This document shows, one piece after another, positions 1 through 8,074 of a DNA stretch of 64,000 nucleotides (positions are counted from its first letter, which is position 1; each line of letters starts with the position of its first letter). The position numbers and the translations under genes are program-made. This DNA is from Clostridia bacterium. GTDB lineage: Bacteria > Bacillota > Clostridia > Christensenellales > UBA1242. Under the pieces are notes generated by a model. The model was not told where the DNA came from. It saw nothing but the letters and a program-made list of their open reading frames with translations, and ran no database searches. Location: assembly GCA_045638465.1 (NCBI GenBank), contig JAZUBK010000003.1, positions 22,455 through 86,454 of the forward strand, in the 5' to 3' direction.

Positions 1-590
1 TCGAAGACAACACTGCAAAGACTTTGGTTGCAGCTAAAAATAACAGACTATACTATACAGAAGATTCATTACTATATTCAACTTCTGATTTTGAAAGCGC
101 AACTCAATATAGCGCAAACAGTTTGACAGAATATATCATTAATCAAGATAGCAATGGTACAGATATGGGTATAGTTGCTATGCTTGGCAAAACAATAGTA
201 TATTACAGAGGTTTGGGAGATTACACACCACTTCTTGATGTAAAAGATGATGAGACAATCAAACTTCTTTATATTCAAAACAACAATATCTATTACACAA
301 TCGGTAATACACTTTTCAGCAAGACAATTTACAAAGCAACCTATGACGAAAACGAAAGAGCAACTGCTGGTTATACTCATAGCACAAATGTAAATATCAC
401 TACTGCAGAAAGCACAGTATTTGATTGTGAAGAAAATTACTTCTTCTATTACAACACTGTAGAAGAAAGCAACAAAAAATACAGCTATATGCACTTTGTA
501 AAACATTTTGCAGTAAATGACGAAGGAAAAACTTTTGAACAATTTATGGGCAAACTTGCAAAGTCTGATGTAAAAGAAGACGAAGAATAA
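1..590 (+). CDS. C-terminal part of a hypothetical Y/T/N-rich protein entering from the left edge
   Basis: Frame is open from nt 3 with no stop until TAA 588-590. The TTG at 24 in the ORF track is probably not the real start. A terminator hairpin follows. I cannot name any motif with certainty. Confidence 0.55.
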   Translation, partial: EDNTAKTLVAAKNNRLYYTEDSLLYSTSDFESATQYSANSLTEYIINQDSNGTDMGIVAMLGKTIVYYRGLGDYTPLLDVKDDETIKLLYIQNNNIYYTIGNTLFSKTIYKATYDENERATAGYTHSTNVNITTAESTVFDCEENYFFYYNTVEESNKKYSYMHFVKHFAVNDEGKTFEQFMGKLAKSDVKEDEE

Positions 591-594
591 AACT

Positions 595-628
595 AAGAGT
601 AGGGCAAATAAGCCTTACTCTTTTTTTT
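595..628 (+). terminator. Rho-independent terminator
   Basis: 11-bp stem aagagtagggc/gccttactctt (one G-U) with a 6-nt loop, followed by a T8 run. Confidence 0.7.
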
Positions 629-648
629 CTATTACCTAATACTGAGTT

Positions 649-655
649 TTCGACA
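649..655 (-). promoter_or_regulatory. Candidate Spo0A box (TGTCGAA on the minus strand) upstream of spo0A
   Basis: TTCGACA at 649-655 is an exact reverse complement of the B. subtilis 0A-box core TGNCGAA, about 150 nt upstream of the spo0A start. It is a single 7-mer, so a chance match is possible. Confidence 0.3.
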
Positions 656-800
656 TTTTTCTATCAAAAACCAAAATTTCCTTTTAATTAGTACAATATA
701 ATACTCGCCAAATAATATCTTTATATGAGCCTTTGTGCTAAACTTTTCTTGTTTCCGTCAAAAGAAACAAAATAAGTAAATATTATTTGGAGGAAAATAT

Positions 801-1565
801 ATGGACACCACCATAGAAAAACAAACAATAATTTTGGCAGATGACAACGAAAGTTATTTGCAATCTCTTACAAAAGAATTTAACGATAGCAACGAATTCG
901 AAGTTGTTGCTAGTGTAACAGATGGAGCAGAGGCTTTGTCTATAATCTCTAGCAATAAACCAGACGTTGCAATCTTTGATATAGTCCTTGGAAATTTAGA
1001 CGGGTTTGAACTTTTAGAACGTATGGAAAAGATGAAACTTCCAACCAAAAAGTTTGTCTTATCTTCTTTAAAGAACGAAGGCTTTATCCAAAAGGCAATT
1101 TCTTTAGGGGCAGATTATTATATGGCAAAACCAGTCAACTTTGACGTTTTGTCAAAAAGAGTAAAAGAGCTAAAAACTACATCTGCTGTTGTGTCAAATA
1201 TCAAAAATAGTAAAAATAGATATTTGGACGAAAAGATAAGCAATATCTTTATCACTGTCGGAATACCTGCGCATATTAAAGGATATCAATTTTTAAGAGA
1301 GGCAATAAAAATGGCTATTGACAACCCAGAGATTATCAATAGTATTACAAAACAACTTTATCCATCTATTGCAGAGAGATTTGAAACAAGTGCAAGTAAG
1401 GTAGAAAGAGCAATAAGACACGCCATTGAAGTTGCTTGGAATAGAGGCAAAATTGAGAACATAAATAGTCTATTTGGCGTAAAAGTATATAGCAGTAACG
1501 ACAAGCCAACCAATGGTGAATTTATAGCTTTAGTAGCGGACAAAATGTTAATAGAAGGGGCCTAA
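801..1565 (+). CDS. spo0A: Sporulation master response regulator Spo0A
   Basis: N-terminal receiver domain (ILADDN, DVAIFDIVLGNLDG, YYMAKP). C-terminal Spo0A-specific DNA-binding domain (GIPAHIKGYQFLREAI, SITKQLYPSIAERF.TSASKVERAIRHAIEVAW). GGAGG RBS 8 nt upstream. Confidence 0.95.
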   Translation: MDTTIEKQTIILADDNESYLQSLTKEFNDSNEFEVVASVTDGAEALSIISSNKPDVAIFDIVLGNLDGFELLERMEKMKLPTKKFVLSSLKNEGFIQKAISLGADYYMAKPVNFDVLSKRVKELKTTSAVVSNIKNSKNRYLDEKISNIFITVGIPAHIKGYQFLREAIKMAIDNPEIINSITKQLYPSIAERFETSASKVERAIRHAIEVAWNRGKIENINSLFGVKVYSSNDKPTNGEFIALVADKMLIEGA

Positions 1566-1673
1566 AAATATCTAAAAAATATATTATAAAATAGTGGACA
1601 ATTTAGCATATTATGACTATAATATAGAAAGTCTAAAAGGATATTACTTTTAAGCAAATATAGGAGATTATTT

Positions 1674-2156
1674 ATGAAGAGTCCAGTATATGTAAGATGC
1701 CCAAGATGTGAGCTAAACTATATTCAAAAGAAAGACAAATTTTGTAACGTATGTAAATTAGAGATGAAAGCTTTGGGTTCTCTTGATATCGAAGATAACC
1801 TAGATTTAGAGCTATGCCCAATTTGTAAGGCAAACTATATCAATCCAGACGAAGATATGTGCGTAGCATGTGCTAAAGAAAGAGCCCTAGAAGAAGGCCT
1901 AGTAAATGACAAAGACGGTCAAGATACTGGCTGGGAAGATTTCGACAACGACGACGGAAGATATAGTGAAGATGAAGAAACAGGCGAAATGGTTTCTATC
2001 ACAGATCTAGATGATGACGATGTATTAGAAGACGACGATGATTTGTCTTTGGCTGACGATGATGATTTAGAAAACGAAAAAATCGAAGACGACGAAAACG
2101 AAGATGAGTTTGACGATGCTTTTGATGATCTTGACGATCTAGATGACGACGAATAA
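1674..2156 (+). CDS. Hypothetical protein with two CxxC...CxxC zinc-ribbon units and a poly-acidic C-terminal half
   Basis: CPRCELNY..CNVCK and CPICKANY..CVACAK, followed by about 80 aa that are mostly D/E. AGGAG RBS upstream and terminator 2173-2201 downstream. Confidence 0.7.
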   Translation: MKSPVYVRCPRCELNYIQKKDKFCNVCKLEMKALGSLDIEDNLDLELCPICKANYINPDEDMCVACAKERALEEGLVNDKDGQDTGWEDFDNDDGRYSEDEETGEMVSITDLDDDDVLEDDDDLSLADDDDLENEKIEDDENEDEFDDAFDDLDDLDDDE

Positions 2157-2172
2157 TTTAAATATAGATAAA

Positions 2173-2201
2173 AGACACACCATATTTGGTGTGTTTTTTT
2201 T
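2173..2201 (+). terminator. Rho-independent terminator
   Basis: Stem acacacc/ggtgtgt with a 6-nt loop, followed by a T8 run. Confidence 0.7.
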
Positions 2202-2245
2202 GTTTAACTTTTTTATTTTTTGGAATAATCAAATAGAGGTGAATT

Positions 2246-2473
2246 ATGAAAAGAAATAATATTACTCTAGATGAGATAAAAGCCAAACTTTTAAAACTCA
2301 AAGGCCAGTCAATATCTATAACCGCCAATAGAGGCCGAAATAAAATAGAGAAGTTCTCTGGGCTGCTAGAAAATATATATCCTGCAGTCTTTACAATCAA
2401 AACAGAGCAAAACTGTAAAACCTATTCTTATAGTGACATTTTATGTGGAAATGTAAAAATAGATAATAAGTAA
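2246..2473 (+). CDS. veg: Veg family protein (DUF1021-like)
   Basis: 75 aa. The pattern L..IK..L....G..I.I.AN.GR.K.....G.LE..YP.VF.I......K..SYSY.DIL resembles B. subtilis Veg. Confidence 0.8.
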   Translation: MKRNNITLDEIKAKLLKLKGQSISITANRGRNKIEKFSGLLENIYPAVFTIKTEQNCKTYSYSDILCGNVKIDNK

Positions 2474-2560
2474 AAAAAAAGTATTCATATTTTTTGCATA
2501 AGCTTTATATCATATTATATAGCAAACACCTGCTTGTCGGGTCGTGGTATAGGGGGAAAT

Positions 2561-4099
2561 ATGAACGAAGAAAAGCAAAACTCTATCAGAATGTGCAACA
2601 AAAGATTTATTACAACACTTCAGCAAAAGGTATCTACAAACATTTCAAGCCCAACCGATATCAAGATTGCGAAAATGCTTTCACTAAAAACGAGTCCTAC
2701 TATCGAAAATTTAGAGATTTTTAATGGCGGTTTTAAAGCAAGTCTTAATGTTGAATACGAGGCCGTTGTTTGCCTAGAAAATGGCGAAATAGTGTGCAGT
2801 GAAAAGCAACAAACAACGACCCAAGTTACTTATGAAAACTCTGCAATTAGCTCAAATAGTGCCGTCAAAATTATTCCGTGCGTAATGGATAGCGAAACTA
2901 CAATTTCTCAAGGTGAGGTAAATGTAAATTCACTTGTAAACTTAGAGGTCTTTGTTGAAAATGATGATTGTTGTTTTTGCCCTCCAGTTGTTGACGATAG
3001 TATAAACATAAAAACTCAAGACAGTAAAGTTTGTACAAACAAAGGTAAAATATTTACTAAGGGCCTTATCAAAGGCGAGGTTTCCGTTGACAATAAGTTT
3101 AGAAAAATTATTTTCTCATCATATACTGGATACTTAAAAGGCTATGATATCAAAACAGATTATTTTGTAATAAATGGTGAAATGTTTGCAAATTTTCTTT
3201 GTGAGTACGAAGACGGACAACTAAAATCTTTTACTAAGACCTTTGATTTTAGTGAAGAGATAGAGCAAAAAGGTATTTTAGCAGACGATATCTTGCAACT
3301 AGATTTTACAACTTTATTCAAACCAAACACAAATCTTGTTGTAGGTAGTAATGGCGAAACAATTATTGATATTGAGATGCCATATGTTTTGAGAGGAACT
3401 ATCTATACTTGCTTCAATCAAGAGACAATAATTGACGCATATGATATTGCAAAAGAAGTTAATATTACTACAGAGTCTTTTGATCATTGTATCAATAAGC
3501 CAAGCTACTTTGCAGAAGACAAAATAATAGCTGGTTTTAACATTTCAGAAGATGCCCCAAGAATCGAACGTATATTGGGCACAGCGGGAGAAAATATTTC
3601 CGTTGTAAATACCATCGTAAAAAGCGGCGAAATTATATTAGAGGGTATAGCAAGTGTAGGTGTTATATATTATAGCGAAGACGAAGATGGCAACAAAGTT
3701 TTAAATTCGGTTGTCGTGGACCTTCCTTATTCTCTAAATGTAAACAATAGCGAAATCAAAGAAAAAGATATTGCTATAGTTGACTTAAAACTTGGCGAAA
3801 TCTCTGTTAAAAATAAAAAAGGCAGAGAACTCGAAGTAATTGCAAACGTATATGTTACCTATTGTCTATCTACGCCTACAATTTCAGCCTTTACTACAAA
3901 TATCTCTTTTGGTGAGGAAAAGGCAAGTTCTCCGTACGCACTAGAAATTGTTGTTGCAAAAGAAAACGAAACGTTATGGGATATTGCCAAGCGCCTTTCT
4001 ATTAAAGAAGAACAATTAATTGCGCAAAATAGCGATGTAGTATTGCCATTATCTGGCGGCGAAAAATTAGTTGTGTTTAGAGGTGTAAATAATAACTAA
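2561..4099 (+). CDS. SpoVID/SipL-like spore morphogenetic protein candidate (DUF3794/SPOCS-type repeats plus C-terminal LysM)
   Basis: ATG at 2561 preceded by GGGGGA. The C-terminal 50 aa look like a LysM domain (YALEIVVAKENETLWDIAKRLSIKEEQLIAQNSD..L..GEKLVV). The size of 512 aa and the LysM at the C-terminus match the SipL/SpoVID architecture. The body assignment is from memory of DUF3794 proteins. Confidence 0.6.
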   Translation: MNEEKQNSIRMCNKRFITTLQQKVSTNISSPTDIKIAKMLSLKTSPTIENLEIFNGGFKASLNVEYEAVVCLENGEIVCSEKQQTTTQVTYENSAISSNSAVKIIPCVMDSETTISQGEVNVNSLVNLEVFVENDDCCFCPPVVDDSINIKTQDSKVCTNKGKIFTKGLIKGEVSVDNKFRKIIFSSYTGYLKGYDIKTDYFVINGEMFANFLCEYEDGQLKSFTKTFDFSEEIEQKGILADDILQLDFTTLFKPNTNLVVGSNGETIIDIEMPYVLRGTIYTCFNQETIIDAYDIAKEVNITTESFDHCINKPSYFAEDKIIAGFNISEDAPRIERILGTAGENISVVNTIVKSGEIILEGIASVGVIYYSEDEDGNKVLNSVVVDLPYSLNVNNSEIKEKDIAIVDLKLGEISVKNKKGRELEVIANVYVTYCLSTPTISAFTTNISFGEEKASSPYALEIVVAKENETLWDIAKRLSIKEEQLIAQNSDVVLPLSGGEKLVVFRGVNNN

Positions 4100-4119
4100 G
4101 ATATTTTTAAAACTATTAT

Positions 4120-4146
4120 AAAACTCAGCAGTGCTGAGTTTTTTTG
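4120..4146 (+). terminator. Rho-independent terminator
   Basis: Stem ctcagc/gctgag with a 3-nt loop, flanked by an A-run and a T-run. Confidence 0.65.
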
Positions 4147-4175
4147 TTTATATAATTAATATTGTGGTAATAATA
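4146..4175 (+). promoter_or_regulatory. Candidate forespore (sigma-F/G type) promoter for spoIIR
   Basis: GTTTA, a 15-nt spacer, then GGTAATAATA. This resembles my recollection of the sigma-F pattern (GTATA-like -35, GGnnAnAnTA -10), 19 nt upstream of the spoIIR ATG. The consensus is recalled from memory. Confidence 0.3.
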
Positions 4176-4193
4176 ATCAAGAGGTAATTTTGT

Positions 4194-4703
4194 ATGAAAA
4201 AAGTTTGTATTGTTCTTTCTATATGCCTTTTGATTGTAGCTATTTTGTTGTTTATGCCAGGTAGCGAAACAAAATATTTACGTATACATATAAGGGCCAA
4301 TAGCAACGCCATACAAGATCAGCAAATTAAACACGAAATAAAAGATAGTGTTTGTGAGTTTTTAACTCCACTATTTTTAGATTGTGGCGAAATAGAAAAA
4401 GCCGAAAAAATACTTATAGCAAATTTAGATAATATAGAAAGAATAGTTGATTCTTTGCTTTTATCAAAAGGCTTTACATATAAATCTAGTGCAAAATTAA
4501 ATAACGAATATTTCCCGACTCGAAGTTATAAAGACTTGGTTTTAGATAGTGGTTATTATGATGCTTTGATTATAGATTTGGGTGAAGGAAAAGGTGATAA
4601 TTGGTGGTGTGTTATATATCCACCTATGTGTTTTGCAGATAATACAAAAAATATTGTATACAAATCAAAACTTTTGCAGATAATTAGTGAAATATTTGAT
4701 TAG
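4194..4703 (+). CDS. spoIIR: Stage II sporulation protein R
   Basis: N-terminal TM/signal segment, YLRIHIRANSN...DQ..K..IKD and DNWWCVIYPPMCF, which are hallmark SpoIIR motifs. Confidence 0.9.
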   Translation: MKKVCIVLSICLLIVAILLFMPGSETKYLRIHIRANSNAIQDQQIKHEIKDSVCEFLTPLFLDCGEIEKAEKILIANLDNIERIVDSLLLSKGFTYKSSAKLNNEYFPTRSYKDLVLDSGYYDALIIDLGEGKGDNWWCVIYPPMCFADNTKNIVYKSKLLQIISEIFD

Positions 4704-4713
4704 GAGGTTTTTT

Positions 4714-5382
4714 ATGAAAAGATATCTTGCCGTCTTGGGGGTAAGTCTTAGTTTGGTTGTTATGTTTAGTTTTATGTATTCAGCAATAGCCATGTGGCAA
4801 ACAAGCGAAAACAATACCACAATAGTTGAAGTAGCATCAATATCTCAAAATAAAGAAATACAACAAAAACTAAAAAATCTTGGATATTACACTGGCTCTG
4901 TAGATGGTGTGCTAGGTCCTCAGTCAATAGCTGCCATCAAAAAATTCCAAAGAGATAATGGCCTTGCTGTTGATGGAATAGTAGGAGCAAAAACCGCTGC
5001 GAAACTAAATATATCTTTGTCAACCCAAAGTAGCAATGATGTTTATTTACTTGCAAAGTGTGTTTATGCTGAGTCAAGGGGAGAAGAGTATGTAGGACAA
5101 GTTGCAGTTGCCGCAGTTATTCTAAACCGTGTAGAAAGCCCAGATTTCCCGAATACTATTGCCGGGGTAATTTATCAACCTTGGGCTTTTACCGCCGTAC
5201 ACGACGGTCAAATAAACTTAGAGCCTAACCAAACAGCATATAACGCAGCAAGAGATGCCATGAACGGCTGGGACCCAACTTATGGCTGTTTATATTATTA
5301 CAACCCAGAAGTTGCTACTAGCAAATGGATATTTTCAAGACAAACAGTAGTAACTATTGGTAAGCACGTTTTTGCTATTTAG
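4714..5382 (+). CDS. sleB: Spore cortex-lytic enzyme SleB
   Basis: ATG at 4714 with a perfect AGGAGG RBS. Signal segment, PG_binding_1-like repeat (LGYYTGSVDGVLGPQSIAAIKKFQRDNGLAVDGIVG) and hydrolase_2 domain (YAESRGEEYVGQVAVAAVILNRV.S..FPNTI..VIYQ..AF). Confidence 0.9.
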   Translation: MKRYLAVLGVSLSLVVMFSFMYSAIAMWQTSENNTTIVEVASISQNKEIQQKLKNLGYYTGSVDGVLGPQSIAAIKKFQRDNGLAVDGIVGAKTAAKLNISLSTQSSNDVYLLAKCVYAESRGEEYVGQVAVAAVILNRVESPDFPNTIAGVIYQPWAFTAVHDGQINLEPNQTAYNAARDAMNGWDPTYGCLYYYNPEVATSKWIFSRQTVVTIGKHVFAI

Positions 5383-5391
5383 GAGGTGTAT

Positions 5392-6711
5392 ATGAAAAGT
5401 AAAGCATATTTATTTGCAATAATTGGTTTATCGCTGGTTTGTGTGGGGCTTGGTGTTGCGTTGTACTTTAATGCAACTACAATGTCGGGACATGCAAGTA
5501 ACCTAGAGAGTGTCTATCAAAAGTCTTTATATGAGCTTATTGATAATGTAAACTCTATTGAGGTAGAGGTGAGCAAAATGCTTGTAACCAGCGATTATGA
5601 TAGCCAAAAGAAAAGTTTAACCAATATAAAACAACAATCAACTGATGCACAAAATTGCCTAAGTTATCTGCCAATTAATAGTAGTTTAGTTTCAAGTTCA
5701 AGTAGATTTATTAACCAACTTAGTGGCTATTGTACATCTATTTTAAATGGCGGACAAAGTGCACTAACACAAGACCAAGAAAAAACTTGGGAAGAAATAT
5801 ATGATTGTGTGGCCAATTTAAAATATGAACTCAATAAACTATCTCTAAAGATTTCGCAAGGTTATAGTATATTAGACCATCTAGATAATGGTAGAGAAAT
5901 CGATAGCTTTAGCCAAAACTTCAGCGGTATAACAAATGATAGTATAGAATACCCATCTATGATTTATGACGGGCCTTTTTCGGATAGCTTATTAAATCAA
6001 GAGATAAAAGGCCTTAGCAATACAACTTGCACTAAAGATGAGGCAAAAGAATATTTAAAAGAGGCTCTAAAAGATTTTGGTATCAAGCAAATATCTTATC
6101 AGGGCAAAACCGAAGGCAAGTTTACCACATATAACTTTTTGCTAAAGTCAGATGGGATATCATACTTTGCTCAAGTGACCGAAAAGGGAAAGTTTCTGTT
6201 AAATATGAGTGGTAATGTCGGTAGTGGAGAAATTGCTATTGACGAAGGCAAAGCAATAACCATCGCAGAAGATTTTGCCCTAAGTCTTATGCTAAAAAAT
6301 ATGAAGTGTGTATGGAAAGCGACCGTTAACAATATAACTTATGTGAACTTAGCTCCTGTAAAAAATAGTGTAATTTATTATCCAGACCTAATCAAAGTGA
6401 AAATTGACCGAACTAACGGCAAGATTATGGGGTGGGAGGCATCTAATTATGCTTATAACCATACCGATAGAAGTGAAGGTAACTTTTCAAAAACCGAAAG
6501 TGAGATTTTAGCTAGTGTATCTTCAAAAATCAATATTGTGTCTTTAAAAAAGTGTTTGATACCTAAAGAATATGGTGGAGAGAGTTTTGCATATGAGATT
6601 TGTGGCAAGTATAATACTTTTACCTATTATATATATTTAGATGCAACTACTGGTAAGCAAATCAAAGTAATGAGAGTTATTCAAACTACAGACGGAGAAC
6701 TTTTATTGTAA
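5392..6711 (+). CDS. ypeB: Germination protein YpeB
   Basis: Lies immediately downstream of sleB with an AGGAGG RBS. N-terminal TM segment, YPSMIYDGPFSD motif and C-terminal PepSY-like repeats. The sleB-ypeB pairing is conserved in spore formers. Confidence 0.85.
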   Translation: MKSKAYLFAIIGLSLVCVGLGVALYFNATTMSGHASNLESVYQKSLYELIDNVNSIEVEVSKMLVTSDYDSQKKSLTNIKQQSTDAQNCLSYLPINSSLVSSSSRFINQLSGYCTSILNGGQSALTQDQEKTWEEIYDCVANLKYELNKLSLKISQGYSILDHLDNGREIDSFSQNFSGITNDSIEYPSMIYDGPFSDSLLNQEIKGLSNTTCTKDEAKEYLKEALKDFGIKQISYQGKTEGKFTTYNFLLKSDGISYFAQVTEKGKFLLNMSGNVGSGEIAIDEGKAITIAEDFALSLMLKNMKCVWKATVNNITYVNLAPVKNSVIYYPDLIKVKIDRTNGKIMGWEASNYAYNHTDRSEGNFSKTESEILASVSSKINIVSLKKCLIPKEYGGESFAYEICGKYNTFTYYIYLDATTGKQIKVMRVIQTTDGELLL

Positions 6712-6793
6712 TATTTTACAAAAATATTTAATTTTGTAAAAAATCTTTGCCTTTTCCTATAAATATATGTATAATAACCACGAGGAGAAGGAA

Positions 6794-7948
6794 ATGAAAA
6801 CATATTTCGACAAAGAAGTTTTGCAACAAAGCAGTATATTCGAACTTCGCAATATCGCAAGAGAGATTGGTGTTTATTCGCCTACTATATACAAAAAAGA
6901 AGAACTTATTGATAAGATCTTTCAAATAGTTAATGGTGAAGTAAAACCTTATGTTCCAAAAAGCAAACAAGGTCGCCCACCAAAATCATTGATGAACCCT
7001 GTGCGAAAATCTGTTTTTGATCAGATCCTTCCTACAGAAGAAAGAACATATAATATAGAAGAAGAGCCAAGCCTATGCCTTAGCGAAAGTATGATTGCTT
7101 TTTTAGAAGATGACAAAGCAAAGGTTAAGACTAATTTTGATATAGAAGGTGTAATCGAGCTAACACCTTATGGCTATGGTTTTGTAAAAAGTATTGCTAA
7201 AACTTACACAACTTTTGAGGGCGCATATATTTCTCAAAACTTGATAGCAAATCACAAATTAAAAAATGGTGATTACATCAAAGGCATGGCAAAGCTTTTA
7301 GAAGAAGATAAACCTTATGTTTTGTACGAAATCACATCGGTAAATAATGGAGTAATGGTACAAGATTTTGATAAACTTGATGTAACTTATTCTTTGACCA
7401 GACTTGAGTTAAATAACGAAATTGACAACTTCTTGGTTGGTAGTGCAAATCTAATTATTCAAAACAAAGAAGATGAATCTTCTGCCTATGATTATCTAAA
7501 GTCAATTTCAAATGATTACAAACTTATAATAGTGAAACTTGATGTTAACAAAGAGCAAGAGTTTATCCAAAAAAGTCTTCAAGAAGAAAACTATTATACA
7601 ACTATGCTTCAAAAACCAAGTGAGCATATAGGTGTTGTAAAACTTGCTTTGTCTAGAGCAAAAAGACTTGCTAGTCAAGGTAGCAACATTGTACTTTGCA
7701 TAGATGGAGTAGACAAAGTAATAAAAAATCAAAACGCTTTATATAGCAATGATTTGCTAGATATCAAGTCTAACACTTTTGATATTATCAAACAGCTTTC
7801 TATGTCCGCAAGACAACTAAAAACTATAGGCTCTTTGACAATAGTTGGTTTGTATAACCAAAAGAGAGATAATAGTTTTGATGCACTGGCTACATCAGAA
7901 CTTGAAGATTATTTTTCAAAAATATATAAAGCAAAAAAACAAGGCTAA
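6794..7948 (+). CDS. Rho-like protein with a degenerate (P-loop-less), C-terminally truncated ATPase domain
   Basis: Rho_N-like helix (ELRNIAREIGV...KKEELIDKI). Rho cold-shock/OB region (GVIELTPYGYGFVKS...YIS..LI..H.LKNGD.I.G). Alignable RecA-like region (AKRLASQGSNIVLCIDGV.KV, GSLTIVG). There is no GxxxxGK[ST] anywhere in the protein. Confidence 0.7.
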   Translation: MKTYFDKEVLQQSSIFELRNIAREIGVYSPTIYKKEELIDKIFQIVNGEVKPYVPKSKQGRPPKSLMNPVRKSVFDQILPTEERTYNIEEEPSLCLSESMIAFLEDDKAKVKTNFDIEGVIELTPYGYGFVKSIAKTYTTFEGAYISQNLIANHKLKNGDYIKGMAKLLEEDKPYVLYEITSVNNGVMVQDFDKLDVTYSLTRLELNNEIDNFLVGSANLIIQNKEDESSAYDYLKSISNDYKLIIVKLDVNKEQEFIQKSLQEENYYTTMLQKPSEHIGVVKLALSRAKRLASQGSNIVLCIDGVDKVIKNQNALYSNDLLDIKSNTFDIIKQLSMSARQLKTIGSLTIVGLYNQKRDNSFDALATSELEDYFSKIYKAKKQG

Positions 7949-8034
7949 ACACCTTGTTTTTTTATTTGTACATATATACATATAAATAATAGTATAATAT
8001 ATACATATATAAATACAATCATATAAAACACAAA

Positions 8035-8068
8035 TAAAAAAGTCCTATAAACATAGGACTTTTTTTTA
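8035..8068. terminator. Bidirectional terminator between the convergent rho-like gene and the giant surface-protein gene
   Basis: Perfect 8-bp stem agtcctat/ataggact with a 4-nt loop, flanked by A5 on one side and T7 on the other. Confidence 0.75.
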
Positions 8069-8074
8069 TAGATA

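Noticed and set aside
2494-2724. 76-aa ORF overlapping the start of the SPOCS/LysM gene
   Set aside because: It is out of frame with and overlapped by the 512-aa CDS. It has no RBS and a basic, low-complexity translation.
7966-8034. AT-rich stretch with recurring tacatatata / atatatacatata strings; considered as a repeat array or IS end
   Set aside because: It is short and imperfect, with no spacer/repeat periodicity and no adjacent transposase. It is most simply low-complexity intergenic DNA between convergent genes.
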